The translations under genes were made by a program, and so were the position numbers. From Eledone cirrhosa (Eukaryota), in NCBI GenBank assembly GCA_964016885.1, contig OZ024741.1, positions 121,520,001 through 121,584,000 of the forward strand: DNA of 64,000 bases. Reading direction: 5' to 3'. Shown piece after piece: positions 28,531 through 43,587 of this stretch (the stretch's first letter is position 1; every line of letters begins with the position of its first letter). Under the pieces are notes generated by a model, which was not told the origin of the DNA, did no database searches, and saw only the letters and a program-made list of their open reading frames with translations.

Positions 28531-29095
28531 TGGTGTTGAGACTGGAAAGATCACAAATCACGAGAAAACTCAATGCATGAGAAGAAGCAGAGTAGGTATA
28601 GAGGAAGGTATAAATCTGACAGTGACACCAAGCGGTTTAAGCTTGTGCTCAACAAGCCTTTCAGGAATATACTGGGGCTAGAAGAATATTTTTTTCCATT
28701 TGGAATTTATGTTGGATGTGTGGAATTAGGTTACAAGCTGATTGGTTGTTCTATGGTCAAATTTATCATTGTAATAAGCTGGCAGAGCTAAGGGCGAGAA
28801 TGGGGGCGATAGACTGAGAAACGCGGAGGAGGGATGGGGCCAGAGAATGGTAGATGTATCTATACAGGCTAGGGATTAGTGAAAGGAAGTAGTGTGGGGA
28901 AGAGGTATATGGAGGCATAGGAATAGAAAGTGGAAGGGAGAGGGGAAAGACGATCTAAACATACGCATACATAGAAAATAGTTTTAGTCGACTTTCCCTT
29001 CCTCAAACATTGTTGGCCTTGTGCCTAAATCAGAAACCTTTAATACAATTAATGAAAAATAAAAGAAAAAACAATTAAACAAATGTAATACTTAC

Positions 29096-29293
29096 TCAAA
29101 CATTCTGGTATTTTGCGCCTACTCCATTTACCGCCCTTCTCACATCGTAGTAGAAGAGAGTTTTCTCCTCCATATTCCTTAGCACGGAAACCATAACCAT
29201 TGACACAGCTAATATTGGTTTCAGCTCCATGATGCCATACATTTTGGGAGGGTTGGATGATTGAATACTTGTTCAGATTCAAATCAGGACAAT
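29096..29293 (-). CDS. Host exon: Sushi 1 (DCPDL...CVNGYGF...[16 protein letters not shown])
   Basis: cattccag acceptor, gtaagt donor, phase 1-1; four-Cys CCP pattern with W. Confidence 0.92.
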
Positions 29294-29311
29294 CTGGAAT
29301 GGTAAAACGAT

Positions 29312-29816
<505 letters not shown>

Positions 29817-29901
29817 AACCTACTCCAGAAACTGTTGAGTGCTTTTATATCAGTTATAAAATATTTACTCGTTGTAACCCAACAATCTTAAATAAAACTT
29901 T

Positions 29902-30014
<113 letters not shown>

Positions 30015-30022
30015 TTATATAT

Positions 30023-30258
<236 letters not shown>

Positions 30259-30573
30259 AGCTAACCGACCAAGGATATGCAATCCACACTAGTCAGCTGG
30301 CCGATTAATAGATATAGTGACTAATTATATAACCTCATATTATTAGTCTCAGATCCATCACCTTTTGTTTCCATTATCTCCCTTTAGTTTTTATTGTTCA
30401 ACACTTATATATATGACTGTAGCTCCTTTAGAATGCACATATGATAAAAGCCTATTACAAAAACAATAACTCACACCAGTTGATCTCATTGGAATTATTA
30501 CGGCTGTACCATATCGAGCTCTAACAACGTTATTAGTCTTACTATAAACAAGTAGTTACTAGTGTATATATAT

Positions 30574-31089
30574 ATATAATATAAAACGAAAAATCAGTGA
30601 TGCATCTGAACTCAATTTATTGTGTGTTACAATTGTTTCACCGGCAGACAGCTCGAGACACGATCATTGTGTGGATCTGTCTGATTCTGGATCTGCAGGT
30701 TCGACAGACACTTCTAATAATTTCGGATCAAATTTTCTCACTGGAGTGTTAGCGTCAAAAAACATCCTCTTCGCTCGTCCTGCTCTTGGCTGTTGTTTTT
30801 CTACGTCATCATAAATTTTGAGCAACAGGTCCTGTCACACTGACCATCAGCTGTCCTTCTTCCTGCCACACTGCCAATAGCAGGACGAGCGAAGAGGATG
30901 TTTTTTGACGCTAACACTCCAGTGAGAAAATTTGATCCGAAATTATTAGAAGTGTCCGACGAACCTGCAGATCCAGAATCAGACAGATCCACACAATAAT
31001 CGTGTCTCCAGCTGTCTGCGGGCGAAACAATTGTAACACACAATAAATTGAGTTCAGATGCATCACTGATTTTTCGTTTTATATTATAT
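30574..31089. repeat. Fold-back element, ~210-bp arms with a ~95-nt spacer, hammerhead-like motif in each arm (plus copy 30952-31039)
   Basis: gtgt-CCGACGA (other arm CTGTCGA; consensus CTGACGA)-long stem II cctgcagat/gtctgcggg-GAAAC-aatt-GTA-acac. Confidence 0.85.
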
Positions 31090-31169
31090 CACACTCTGCT
31101 CTGTAAGAATATAGAGTGCTCAACCGGCATACCGCCTATGGAAGCATCATAGCTACCATCACGCGCGCG

Positions 31170-31249
<80 letters not shown>

Positions 31250-31541
31250 CCCCTCCCACACACACACATATATATATATAAGTCTACATATATGTACACT
31301 TAGCACTTTCCTGTAAACAAGTGCTATTATGGCTCATCATGTTACCTTATTTTATCTGATGAGAACACAATTTTTGTCCCAGGATGATGTTGCTTTCGAA
31401 ATGCGCATAATAAAATATATGGAACTTTTTTAACCATCTTTTAATTTCTTCTTTTATATATACTCCAGTTCTACCAACTGTTGCGTGCTACTTATCTGAT
31501 ATATGCATAGTTTTATTGTTCTACAATATTACTCACCTTCT

Positions 31542-31572
<31 letters not shown>

Positions 31573-31608
31573 CACACACACATATATATATTTATATATA
31601 TACACATA

Positions 31609-31648
<40 letters not shown>

Positions 31649-31725
31649 TGTATATATATATATATACAAACATATATATATATATACATATATATGTGTA
31701 TATATATAAATATATATGTCTGTTA

Positions 31726-31771
<46 letters not shown>

Positions 31772-31923
31772 TAACAGATTAAAGTTTAAGCAAAGAATCG
31801 CTGCTTTCACCCTTAACGGGATCTTCTGAAACTCGTATTTGCTCTACGGTTCTTATATATGTGATATATATTTATCCTTATCGAGCCCTCTTTGGATTTT
31901 ATTCTTCAAATTATTATTATTAT

Positions 31924-32015
<92 letters not shown>

Positions 32016-32624
32016 TGTAGTTCCTGTCTGTTTGTTTGTTTTTTCACGAACCCCTCCTATGGTATTGGAGATAGACCCCCATAACCATATATATTCTGTA
32101 ACTACATTGCCCAGGGTACTTGGATAAGTATATTTCATTTTAATCAAAGTGTTCCCCGGGACCACAAACCCCCGCTGAAAACTTCTTCCCTTCGATTTAT
32201 ATGAAATTTAAACCATAGTTAAATGACAAGGTATGATGCCTATTCACAAAATTTCAGCAAATTTCAATAATATTAAGACACTCTAGTGGGGGTGATTAAT
32301 ATTGATTTAGTTATTAATATTGATATTACTTGGGTTTCCCACTGAAGAGTTATAAGAGCCCACTTGCATGGGAATCCATTGAGCTTATGCAAGCTTCTAC
32401 ATAACTTAGACACTTTTCTCCCACTTTGTAGAAATCTTATAATGAAACGATCGTATGGGGAATGAGATTTATTTTATTATGTCTCATATAAAATAATACA
32501 GCCGTTTATCCACACAATATAATTGTGAATATACTTAGGTATTTCCTAATGTTTGTTGAGTGAATTGGAAATTGGTCGGAGTATCGCTAATAGCTTTCTC
32601 TGTTAATGTATTAAGTATATAATA

Positions 32625-33205
32625 TGATGAAGGACTAATGATATTTATATGTAACCCATGTGCAACCACGCAGCACACCATTTTTCTCATATTTATATGT
32701 TTTCCTCAGCTGCGATTGTCTGTTTCTTTCTTGCTGCTTCCCCTCTCTCTGTATCTCTCACCTTCTTTTTACCCCCTCTGCCAGTCACACTCTCTCTCGG
32801 CTGGTCTCTTCCTCACACTTCCACTCACTCACTCTCTTCTTCTCCCCTCTCTCACTTCCTCCCGTTTTACCTGTGTGAAATCCTTTTCTCGCTCACATCT
32901 CACCCATGTCGGATGGTCTGTATCTCTCGTCCATGAATTCACCAAGCTTAAGCTTACAGATATCATGTACTTGTTTCCTCTTATCTTTCCGTTGCAATAC
33001 CATCATTGTTTGTTTACATGTCTCGCTCGTTTCATCCTATTTTACTTGTCCCAATAACTTTATTGTGTTATTGTTCGCACCAACTAGAGGTATATGATTT
33101 TTAAAGCGATGAAATACCAATGAAGGTTAGAAGATCACTGATGAAGGACTAATTTTATTCATATGTAACCCATGTGCAACCACGCAGCACTCCATTTTTC
33201 TCATA
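32625..33205 (+). repeat. ~70-bp direct repeats (32625-32695 and 33138-33205) flanking a CT-rich segment
   Basis: tgatgaaggactaat...atatgtaacccatgtgcaaccacgcagcac twice. Confidence 0.7.
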
Positions 33206-33213
33206 TATATATA

Positions 33214-33409
33214 TAGGAAATTGTTTGACCCCGACGGCAGAGCTCAAGCCGTTTCGACGGCTATTTCTGTCCAGAAATAGCCGTCGAAACGGCTTGAGCT
33301 CTGCCGTCGGGGTCAAACATTTTCCTATTACCCACTCTATTAACCTAAGTATTAAGTACTCTGGTGCGTGCGTTATGGTCCAACTGGTTCCTTACCACAC
33401 CTCCTTCGT

Positions 33410-33410
<1 letters not shown>
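33214..33410. repeat. ~115-bp hairpin plus ~80-bp one-sided extension between (TA)n tracts; inverse copy at 62644-62838
   Basis: taggaaa..gaccccgacggcagagctcaagccgtttcgacggctatttct / agaaatagccgtcgaaacggcttgagctctgccgtcggggtc..tttccta. Confidence 0.88.
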
Positions 33411-33442
<32 letters not shown>

Positions 33443-33478
33443 GAATGATATAAATATATATATATAAATATATATATT

Positions 33479-33543
<65 letters not shown>

Positions 33544-33549
33544 TAATAT

Positions 33550-33757
<208 letters not shown>

Positions 33758-34141
33758 AAAGTTAGTACAGCATAATCGAAGCTCAGGCTGCAGCTAAGCT
33801 AACGAATGCAGTCGGGGTGTGCAGCTAAGCACTCAATAAGGTATATTACCTTAGAGTTATAACATTACGTTCAGACAGCTTTGCAATATATATATATATA
33901 TATATAGTGTCTGTAGTATATATATATATATATATATAGTGTCTGTTGTGATTTGTGAGATGTCGGGTATATATATATAAGCATCGGCCCTATTTAGATT
34001 GTGCGCTAGGCGACCAAAGTTTAACACGTTTCGATGTTTGAATGGAAATTGTAATGAATAAAAGCTACACTACTTTTATTAAAGTATCGACTATTTATTT
34101 GAACAATGGTCTTAATAGTAATTTAACTAGTAACATATTAT

Positions 34142-34215
<74 letters not shown>

Positions 34216-34446
34216 GTATACACTCATGCACATATAAAGTTGCTAAAAGTTTCTGTTGTTGAATTTTTTCGTAGCCTCCATGTACTAGAGGATCTTATAT
34301 ATGGTTGCTAGATCATTGGCAATATATAGCACCTTCAATCTTGGTAGTTTTTAAAGACCAGCTTCAAGATGTCCTCTCTCCAAGACTACTAGAGTTTTGT
34401 AATTGAAATAGAGTATATGGCATTACAAAATAGTCAATAAAGTTAT

Positions 34447-34588
34447 AATAATTGTTTCTACTTTTGACACAAGGCCACCAATTACCCAGTGCATTACTGG
34501 TACTTTATTTTATCGACCCCGTAAGGATGAAAGGCAAAGTTAACCTCGGCGGGATTTGAACTCAGAATGGCAAGGGCCGTAACTCAAT
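34447..34588 (-). mobile_element. tRNA-derived SINE copy, 5'-truncated
   Basis: Core, B box and ATT tail. Confidence 0.85.
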
Positions 34589-34613
34589 AGTTATAATAAT
34601 ATTCTTTAGTTAC

Positions 34614-34758
34614 CTGCTGAATACACAGCTCTGAAGCCTCTTTTATTTTTGATACTATTAGTAGTAAAAGAGATGTTTATTTGTCCAGTTGGTACCTCTA
34701 CAGTTGGTTCACTAACAGCACTCAATTCCTGGATTGCATTGCCATTATCAAATTTCAT
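34614..34758 (-). CDS. Host exon: CUB3 C-terminal half (MKFDNG...INISFTTNSIKNKRGFRAVYSA)
   Basis: ttcttcccag acceptor, gtaact donor, phase 0 to 1; F-x-T...GF-x-A-x-Y. Confidence 0.88.
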
Positions 34759-35580
34759 CTGGGAAGAAGGAAATAAAGGGTAAAGCTTTACAATATTTTA
34801 TTTATAATATTTAAAAAGATTCTAGGTGGAATATTTATCTTTGATATTTTAAACTTAAAGCCAAGAGAAATACAAAACTAAAATAGATGATAGAGCTAAG
34901 TTTTCAGTTTGGCACTCTATAGTCAATCATATGGAATATATCTCCAAAGGGTCGACTATGTGTGTTCCAGTTGTTCGATAAACAGAACAGCTTCCTGGTG
35001 AAATTAACGTATAATTGGCTGAACATTCCACAGATACGTGTACTCTTAACGTTATTCTAAGGGAGAATCAGTGTGTCAAAATGTATGGTAAAAACTGGTC
35101 CTTTGAATTACAGATATACTCCATCTGGTGGGCTTCCAAATTCACTTAATTTCACTCACAACCCAAGGCTATGGTAAATAAGACTTGCTCAAGATGTCAA
35201 GCAGTGCTATCGAAGCCGAGACTTTATGATTGCGAAGAAATATTATTAATATTTCGAACATGCTGTGTCAACAAACCGGTATTGTGTTAACATCCATACA
35301 GGAAAAAGAGAGCTCATGAAATCCTAGGCCCTGAAATCCTGATGCAGTCACCGGGGTACCATTGTAATATTATAGTGTGTATTGGGTATTTTAACTTGTC
35401 GGAAGCCATGTTTCTTAAGGTCAGAACATAGCTGATTTCTTCCAGTGAGTCAGAAAGAGAGAGGGAGAAAGGGAAAGAGAGAGAGATATATATATACATA
35501 GAGAGAGAGTGGGTGCGTGTGCGTGTGTGTGTGTGGGGGAGAGAGAGAGCGTGTGTGTGCGTGCGTGTGCCTGTGTGTGG

Positions 35581-35617
<37 letters not shown>

Positions 35618-35700
35618 TGTGTGTGTGGGTGCGTGTGTGTGTGAGAGAGAGAGTGTGTGCGTGTATGTGTGTGTGTGTGTGAGAGAGAGAGGATGTGTGT

Positions 35701-35755
<55 letters not shown>

Positions 35756-35998
35756 GGAGAAAAAATTGACCCTAGTACTGAACTGGTATTTTATTCATCG
35801 ACTTAGAAAGGATGAGAGGCAAAGTTGACTTAGTCGTGATTTGAACTAAGAGTGCAAAGAACCGGGACAAATACCATGAAGCATTCTATTGGATGTTTTA
35901 AAGATACTGTCAATTCACTCGACTCCTGACAATTGGAGACTAAAAGTGATAAAACACGCCACCACCCCAGCACTCTGAACAACACCGCCACCACCACC

Positions 35999-36029
<31 letters not shown>

Positions 36030-36192
36030 TCAATAAGAAGACCAACTTAAAGTTGATATAAATATTTTTATCGTTATGGATGAAGTTAACAGTCGCAAAA
36101 CATTATAATACCATTAACAATAACTCATCTCATCCATTTCAACATTTAATATTTTAGAGATATATGAGTGACAGGAAACATGTATTACTTAC

Positions 36193-36365
36193 AAGTAATG
36201 TGTCATTCGGTGATAGGTCAGTAGTAAATGTGAGGAAGAGAGCGTTCGATGCCTGGGAAAATATCTTCCATTCACAAGAAAGTGCATTAGGATAGGGGAT
36301 ATTTGCATAATAACCAGGAGATGCGATTTCACCATATAAAGCATCACTAATTATAACATTGCAGC
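36193..36365 (-). CDS. Host exon: CUB3 N-terminal half (GCNVIISDALYGEIASPGYY...YPNALSCEWKI)
   Basis: ttttccag acceptor, gtaagt donor, phase 1 to 0; G-x-I-x-SPGY/YPN/C-x-W-x-I. Confidence 0.93.
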
Positions 36366-36391
36366 CTGGAAAAGAAGGAATATAATATGAT

Positions 36392-36575
36392 ATAATTGTT
36401 TCTATAATAGGCAATTATCCCAGTGTATTACTGGTACTTTATTTTATCGACCCCGTAAGGATGAAAGGCAAAGTTAACCTCGGCGGGATTTGAACTCAGA
36501 TCGTAAAGGGACGTAACTCTGTGCTGCAAAGCATGGCGTCCGACCCTCTACCGATACTGCCAATCCAGCGCCGAT
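36392..36575 (-). mobile_element. tRNA-derived SINE copy, with an extra tail fragment at ~36605-36640 in (ATATA)n
   Basis: A/B boxes, core, partly deleted tail. Confidence 0.85.
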
Positions 36576-37421
36576 CCAATATAATATAATATAATATAAT
36601 ATAATATAATTGTTTCTACTTTTGGCACAAGGCCAGCAATAATATAATATAATATAATATAATATAATATAATATAATATAATATAATACAATATAATAT
36701 AATATAATATATATATACTAATATAGTACCGATGAAAAATAGTCTATTTGAATATAGTTGTGAATACAATATACAAGCATAAGGGTTTGTAACACCTCGT
36801 GGCACGCCTTCTCCCTGAGGTGTTTTCCCTCAGTCTTATTTTTACTAGTCGTAATCAACATTTTTATATTTATCTCTATGTCTAATATATGCTGACCCCA
36901 CCTCCATCTTGCCAACTGTGTAGGATATATTTCGCTGAGGAGGTCTACCATGAGAGAAATATGTACATTAATTACATCAGTTGGCTTTAACTACTTCTAA
37001 CGCCTATGTCTATAATTCCTAAAAATAAGGATTAGCTGATATAATTGAATTTATCTCTCTTAATTATTCTTTTTATTTCATTTGAAACGCTATGCCTGAA
37101 GCTAAATTGTAATTCTATTCTATTATAAGTTGAGCCAACTTATACAGCTTCATATGCAAATGAGATTAATCACCTCATTTACATAGACGAGAAAACCATA
37201 TATTCTTGCCTGTTTTCAAAGTCCAGCAGTTGCAAGAGTTCGGGGTGGAGGATGGTCGCGCCGATGAGAACCAGTTCAGTTCGAAATGCGCTTCGACGAC
37301 TGTCCTCCTTGCTTCTGCTGGACACCGCCAGACGGCGTTAGTCGGTGGTGTGTTGGCATAGCTACGGCTCTCTAAATGTTTACGTTAAACATACCGTATT
37401 TCTTCTGAAATATGAAATTCC

Positions 37422-37534
<113 letters not shown>

Positions 37535-37664
37535 GTATATATAAATATTCTTTACTTAAACATGTATCGTATAGTACTGTAATCTCTTGGTAGTATCGCG
37601 AACAATTCATATATATATGTGTGTGTGTGTGTATTTATACATACATGTATAAGCACATATATAC

Positions 37665-37746
<82 letters not shown>

Positions 37747-37774
37747 GCATAGGTATATAGGTACTAAGTCTTAC

Positions 37775-37982
37775 CTTGCTTGTATAAAAATTTCATCTTG
37801 CCATTGGAAGTGGTACCTCGTGTCTTTAGCAGGAGGTGCATTTCTGACCCACTGGACATAAGTAATTTTTGTCCGCCAGTATAGAGGTTTGTAGAGTTAT
37901 AGTGTGCAATAACAGGAGACGTTACGCCATCCCCATCATATACAATAACTTCATCGTTATCATATAGCAGCAGCTCTTCTTT
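37775..37982 (-). CDS. Host exon: CUB2 C-terminal half (KEELLLYDNDEVIVYDGDGVTSPVIAHY...KFLYKQ)
   Basis: ttttcccag acceptor, gtaaga donor, phase 0 to 1; VYDG..SP.I motif; not in the ORF track, translated by hand. Confidence 0.9.
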
Positions 37983-38008
37983 CTGGGAAAATATAATGAA
38001 AATCTAAT

Positions 38009-38197
38009 GAATAATTGTTTCTACTTTAGGCACAAGGCCAGCAATTATCCCAGTCCATTACTGGTACTTACTTTATTTTATTGACCCCGTAAGGATGAAA
38101 GGCAAAGTTAACCTCGGCGGCATTTGAACTCAGAATGGCAACGGCCGTAACTCTATGCGTCAAAGCATGGTGTCCGACCCTCTACCGATACTGCCAA
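38009..38197 (-). mobile_element. tRNA-derived SINE copy
   Basis: A/B boxes, core, tail. Confidence 0.88.
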
Positions 38198-38421
38198 TGC
38201 AGTGAACAACACACATACACCCGCACACATATACGCATATACATATATACATATACCTATACATACATACACAGACACAGACACACACATAGTTATTTAA
38301 ATATATGTATATATTATATTATATATATTATTATTTAAATAAATTCTCAACACAGCTGGATGCTACCTAGGTTTTTCAAACCCTATTCTAGCATACGTCT
38401 TAGAAACCTTAGGTAGCATAT

Positions 38422-38462
<41 letters not shown>

Positions 38463-38721
38463 CAACAACACACATACTGATTTGAAGGTCGAATTTATAT
38501 GAAGAGTGTCAAAATCCCATAAGAGCATCAAGATAATTCTAGTTGTCATAGGAGTTTTGAACGCGGTGCTACAAAAACTAAGCATATGGACCTCGAATCA
38601 CAAATTGTTCTTGATGCGCACGGCACGTAAACTCAGGAAAGTATTGTTTGTCTAAAGTCCTTGTTTAGATCAGATAGACAGTAGAGGAGAGCCAGTAATC
38701 AAATATATATATATATATATT

Positions 38722-38832
38722 TTTAATATAGAAAGGCTTCTACAGGACTAGAACTGTTCCATTCGGGAGAAATCGTGATGATTTCTCCCGAATGAAACAG
38801 TTCTAGTCCTGTAGAAGCCTTTCTATATTAAA
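38722..38832. repeat. Palindrome folded inside a hammerhead core; unfolded relative on the minus strand at 39325-39362
   Basis: Right arm (g)TGATGA-tttctcccgaat-GAAAC-agttcta-GTC; 39331-39358 minus reads CTGATGA-tttccttcgagt-GAAAC-a-GTC. Confidence 0.8.
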
Positions 38833-39595
38833 TATTTATACTCTGATTTGTATTGAGTATCTTACTTACTGTGGTTACCCCCGATTGAACCCGGGATAAA
38901 TCTATATATATATATCACAGAAACGATCGTAAAATGATAAATATTTCAATATAAGAAACCTGTTCTTTGTTTTTATTTCATTGTTTTTATTAATTTATAT
39001 ATATATATAGTTTTTTTTTTATATATAGGCTTTTTTTTCCTTTTCTTCTTCTCTCTTTCTTCTTTTCTTTCTCTCCCTCGTGGCCTTTTGATAGATAAAA
39101 GGCTATGGGCGCGCTACGGATAGATGTAAAGTTAATAATGCGCCGAAACATCCGTGACTCGTAGTTAAATACTGACGAAGGGAGACTGTCGACCTCTTCT
39201 TTGTGTCTCCTTACCTTCTAACACCTGTTATCAGTAACCACACAGCCCTCCTCTCATCCATATTTTTGATATATATTTATATATATTTATATATATTTAT
39301 ATATATTTAATATAGAAATGGCTTCTACGGGACTGTTTCACTCGAAGGAAATCATCAGGAACGTTGACTATCAATGTGTTATAGTGGTATTTATACATTC
39401 CCTGGTGGTAGGGAAAGGTGGTGGTTGGGATGGGTGGAAGTCATTGGCTGATGGATTTAAAGAATGGGGATTCTTTGAAAAAACTATACTTAGAGAAAAA
39501 TAGTGATACTGAAGGATACAAAAGTAGGCACTCCTAATTTTCAAGGTTCAATGTATTGGGTACCTTACTTACTGTGGTTTCCTCTGATTGAACTC

Positions 39596-39744
<149 letters not shown>

Positions 39745-39774
39745 GCATACACACACACACATATATATATATAT

Positions 39775-40348
39775 GGTGGCTGCCAACTCGTTTTCGAGTA
39801 CGGCCACTACTTTATATCCATGTAGGAGAACTCCTACCGATGCGCTGAACGAGTGTGACTTTTTAGTCCAGCCAGCGACTTGAAAACTCTGGTACAAACA
39901 CTACACTTGTGACAATTATTGACAAATAGTGCCGAGCCCATGGTACCATGTGACGACAAGTGCAGAGAGATCTCCAGATATAAAGCAATGCCTGTGCCGT
40001 GTAGCTTTTATAGTGAGCAAAGGCACTGCACAAAGCCAATCCCACTCTCTTAACCAAGATGATATTTACCAAAAAGAAGAACAAGTCAACATCATTGGAT
40101 ACCATCAGAGTTGCAGGTGTTATATCAGAGTTTTCCTTCTCCTAGAATTCTGCCTTGACAAAGGCTAAGGGGTCATCTCTCCCGGTGATTTTGGCTGGCC
40201 ATTGACCCTTAAGAGCTCCTTTGCCTTTTGACAGCTTTTGTTTTTAGTCCTGCAGGATGTCCAAACTCATCCTCCTCACCAAGAAACCTTGGTGGGGTTG
40301 CCAGTTTAGTCGCCAATGACCCGACCATGAGACAGGTTGTACTGGGAT
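39775..40348 (-). mobile_element. RTE-derived short internally deleted element
   Basis: Matches 60525-61132; flanked by (AT)/(AC) tracts. Confidence 0.85.
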
Positions 40349-40375
40349 ATATATATATATACATACATACATACA

Positions 40376-40460
<85 letters not shown>

Positions 40461-40600
40461 TATATATATGTGAGTGTATATATATGTGTGTGTGTGTATA
40501 TATATATATGTGTGTATATGTGTGTGTGTAGATATGTATATATATATATATCTTTATGTATGAGTAGGTATGTATATATCTATATATATCTCTCTCTCTC

Positions 40601-40636
<36 letters not shown>

Positions 40637-41488
40637 AGAGAGAGAGCGTGTGTTTGTATATGTGTGAGCGTGTATATGTATATGTGGTAAATAGATAGTG
40701 TGAGAATGGTGAAGTAGTAGGAAGTGGTGAACAACTTTGGGTGGGGACAAGTGACGCATGAATGAATACGTCCTTTTGACCAGCCAATGGTTGAACGAAA
40801 GTGGACAGAAAGATGGTGATGATGGGATTACTGAACCAATGAAAAGGCCGAAATAACAGGATGCTAATATGTACTACAAATAAAAGAACAGCTGAGATGT
40901 TTGAACACACAAAACATATCTGAAGACGTTTCGAATGCAGAGTCAGGTTCGATCTGTAACAGATCTTGCGTCGAGCTGATCGACGGAGAAACATATGTAA
41001 TATGTTAATAAATTGTGTTTTGTTGTAACACTGATTCCTCGTTCTTTATAATATATATATATTGTAATATCTTTTCAGTTGCAGGGTGATACCCAGAAAC
41101 ATTAGTGTCTGTAGTTCTGTTCACATGCCAACACAAGAGCAAGAATGAAGGGTTCATTCTACTGACATGGCTATAAAATTGAGGCTTGTTTGTATAATTG
41201 CAAACGAATCGAATGTTATTATTAATATTCGAAAAACTCAGATTACATTTATTGTATTCAGCCATGTAGAGCGAAAATTCTCATTTTTATTTGAATTTGG
41301 CAAAGCCGGCCATTTATCGCGCGTATACAGGAAACTGACTGGTCAGTCTGCTGATATGCAAATATGGCTGATCAGTAGATCTGCTAATATGAAGATCTGA
41401 CTGATCAGTCCGTCTGCTAATATGCAAATCAGTTACTGTGTATTTTTGAAAATATCATATATTTTCACTAGCTCTGACAGTTTGGCAG

Positions 41489-41554
41489 GTGAACAGTGAG
41501 CTGTACTGATGAAAGGTGATACCCAGAAACATTAGTGTCTGCAGTTCTGTTCAC
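41489..41554 (+). ncRNA. Well-formed type I hammerhead ribozyme; its 3' part lies in a ~170-bp direct repeat (41084-41252 / 41514-41682)
   Basis: gtgaacag-tg-agctgta-CTGATGA-aa-ggt(gat)acc-ca-GAA-ACA(ttag)TGT-C-tgcagtt-ctgttcac; GUC cleavage triplet and long stem I. The upstream repeat copy lacks CTGATGA. Confidence 0.8.
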
Positions 41555-41989
41555 ATGTCAACACAAGAGCAAGAATGAAGGGTTCATTCTACTGACATGG
41601 CTATACAATTGAGGCTTGTTTATATAATTGCAAACTAGTCGAATGTTATTATTAACATTCAAAAAACTCAGATTACATTTATTATATATATATATATATA
41701 TATATGTTTCTGTGTGTGTCTGTTTATCGGTCACTGTGTTTACATTTATGCCTGTGATCGATGACAAGTACTAGATTAAAAAGCACTGGAGTTGTTATGG
41801 CCAACTTAACCAAGGCGATGTTCCATCATGGTCACAATCTGATGACTGAAATCAGTAAATTAATAAAATAATTAACTTATAAAAGAAAAATGAAACAATG
41901 TTTATATGTCACATGTTTTATTTATGTATATATCCGTCTGTAAGTGTTTACAATTTACACACACTCGCACACACATACATGCACACACT

Positions 41990-42081
<92 letters not shown>

Positions 42082-42424
42082 ATGTATTTCTTATCTCAGT
42101 CATGTTGCTCTCTAGTCACAAAGTCCTGGGTACTCACCTTACGTTTGTTCCTGTACATAGTTATTACTCCAAAGTTACTCATACATTTAATCCTGTATGT
42201 CATTTGTACATATATGCTGAACCTTTATGCAATTATATTCTAGAAATAAATTATTAAAATATCATTCTCATCTTTAATCACTTCCACGTATCAGCAATCA
42301 ACATAAACTACAGGGTTTCTCTTATGTGAATCATTAATTTATCAAAAGGCAAAAAACGTTATGCATCTTATACCTACGAAATCGTCGGTGCCAGTATATA
42401 AAGAAACCAAGGTAGGTAACTCAC

Positions 42425-42564
42425 TTTTAAGGTGATTAATTCCTTTGAATTTGTTGTCGTTTTTATTGTCCAGGTTTGTTGTAGATGATTTTTATAATTA
42501 TCGACGTTGAGTGTTTGTTCACTATTAGTGGCCATGAGCATAGTGTGTGAGTAACCAGTAGAAA
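42425..42564 (-). CDS. Host exon: CUB2 N-terminal half (VSTGYSHTML...QTWTIKTTTNSKELITLK)
   Basis: ttttgtag acceptor, gtgagt donor, phase 1 to 0 fits both neighbours; W-x-I motif. Confidence 0.8.
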
Positions 42565-42936
42565 CTACAAAAGAAAATATTTGAAAAAATATTTGATGTG
42601 AAGAAAGCATAACATGAAAATTGATATTTTTAAAAAGTAGAAAACAATCATTTAAATGTTTAAGAACATGAGTGTCGAAAATTGTCAGTGATGTTAGAAC
42701 GCTGGATGAAATATTACGAGGCATTTGTTCGTCATTCTGAGTTCATCTTTTAAGATAGAGTACCAGTCCGTGGTGGTGTAATGTCGGAATAGTTAGAGTC
42801 TCGTACGAGATGCTATGAGCTATCTGTTCGATTGCTGTCACGGTTAACCCTGTAATGCATTTCACTCTTTCGGAGTTGACAAAACCATTCGATCATGTTA
42901 CATCCGCAGTGATGGTATATGACAAACAAAACTTAC

Positions 42937-43144
42937 CAGCTAACCAATTAGCAGAAAAACCTTTCTTTGTGTCTTTGACGTCACTCGTGAACTTGAGAAG
43001 CATTTTGTTGTTGTAGCTTAAATATTCAGCATTTGCAGGTAAAATCGAAGAGAGTTTAGCTAACATAATGGAATCTGATTCGTTGTCACCTCCAATGAAG
43101 ATTTCCAGAAAATCGGTACTATTTTCAGTTTCAAATCCAGTAAA
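42937..43144 (-). CDS. Host exon: CUB1 C-terminal half (FTGFETENSTDFLEIFIGG...KGFSANWLA)
   Basis: ttttcag acceptor, gtaagt donor, phase 0 to 1; CUB motifs FETE/DFLEI/KFTSD/GF. Confidence 0.92.
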
Positions 43145-43587
43145 CTGAAAAAAAAAGAACAAAAGCAGAAACAAAATAGAGAGAAAGAAAGATTGATAAA
43201 AATAAAACCGATGGAAAATTAAAGAAAACTTGACTGAAAAAATATAAATACATCTATAGATTAGATATAGTTTTCTATGTTTCTATTCGCTAACATATAC
43301 CTCGTCATTCTCATCTCCCTCGTTATTTTAAGATCTATTTAATCATTACTTTTATATCATACATATGTGCACGCACACGCAGTAATAAAGGACTCAATAC
43401 TGGATGCAGAGTGAAATAAATAAAATTATTTCGATAATATCGTTCTAATTTAACGATTAATCGTGGCCTCATCTGACAAATTTTCAAACTCGTGTATATA
43501 TAATTCGTCAAATACTGTAACAGATTTAATTTAAATCATTTTATTGAACACTTTTTTTTCATGTTTGTTATAGGGTACGTCGGTTCA

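Noticed and set aside
37252-37300. Hammerhead-like CCGATGA-gaac(cagttca)gttc-GAAA; weaker motifs near 3436-3465, 9192 and 18172
   Set aside because: Core substitutions or missing stems I/III; too weak to call individually.
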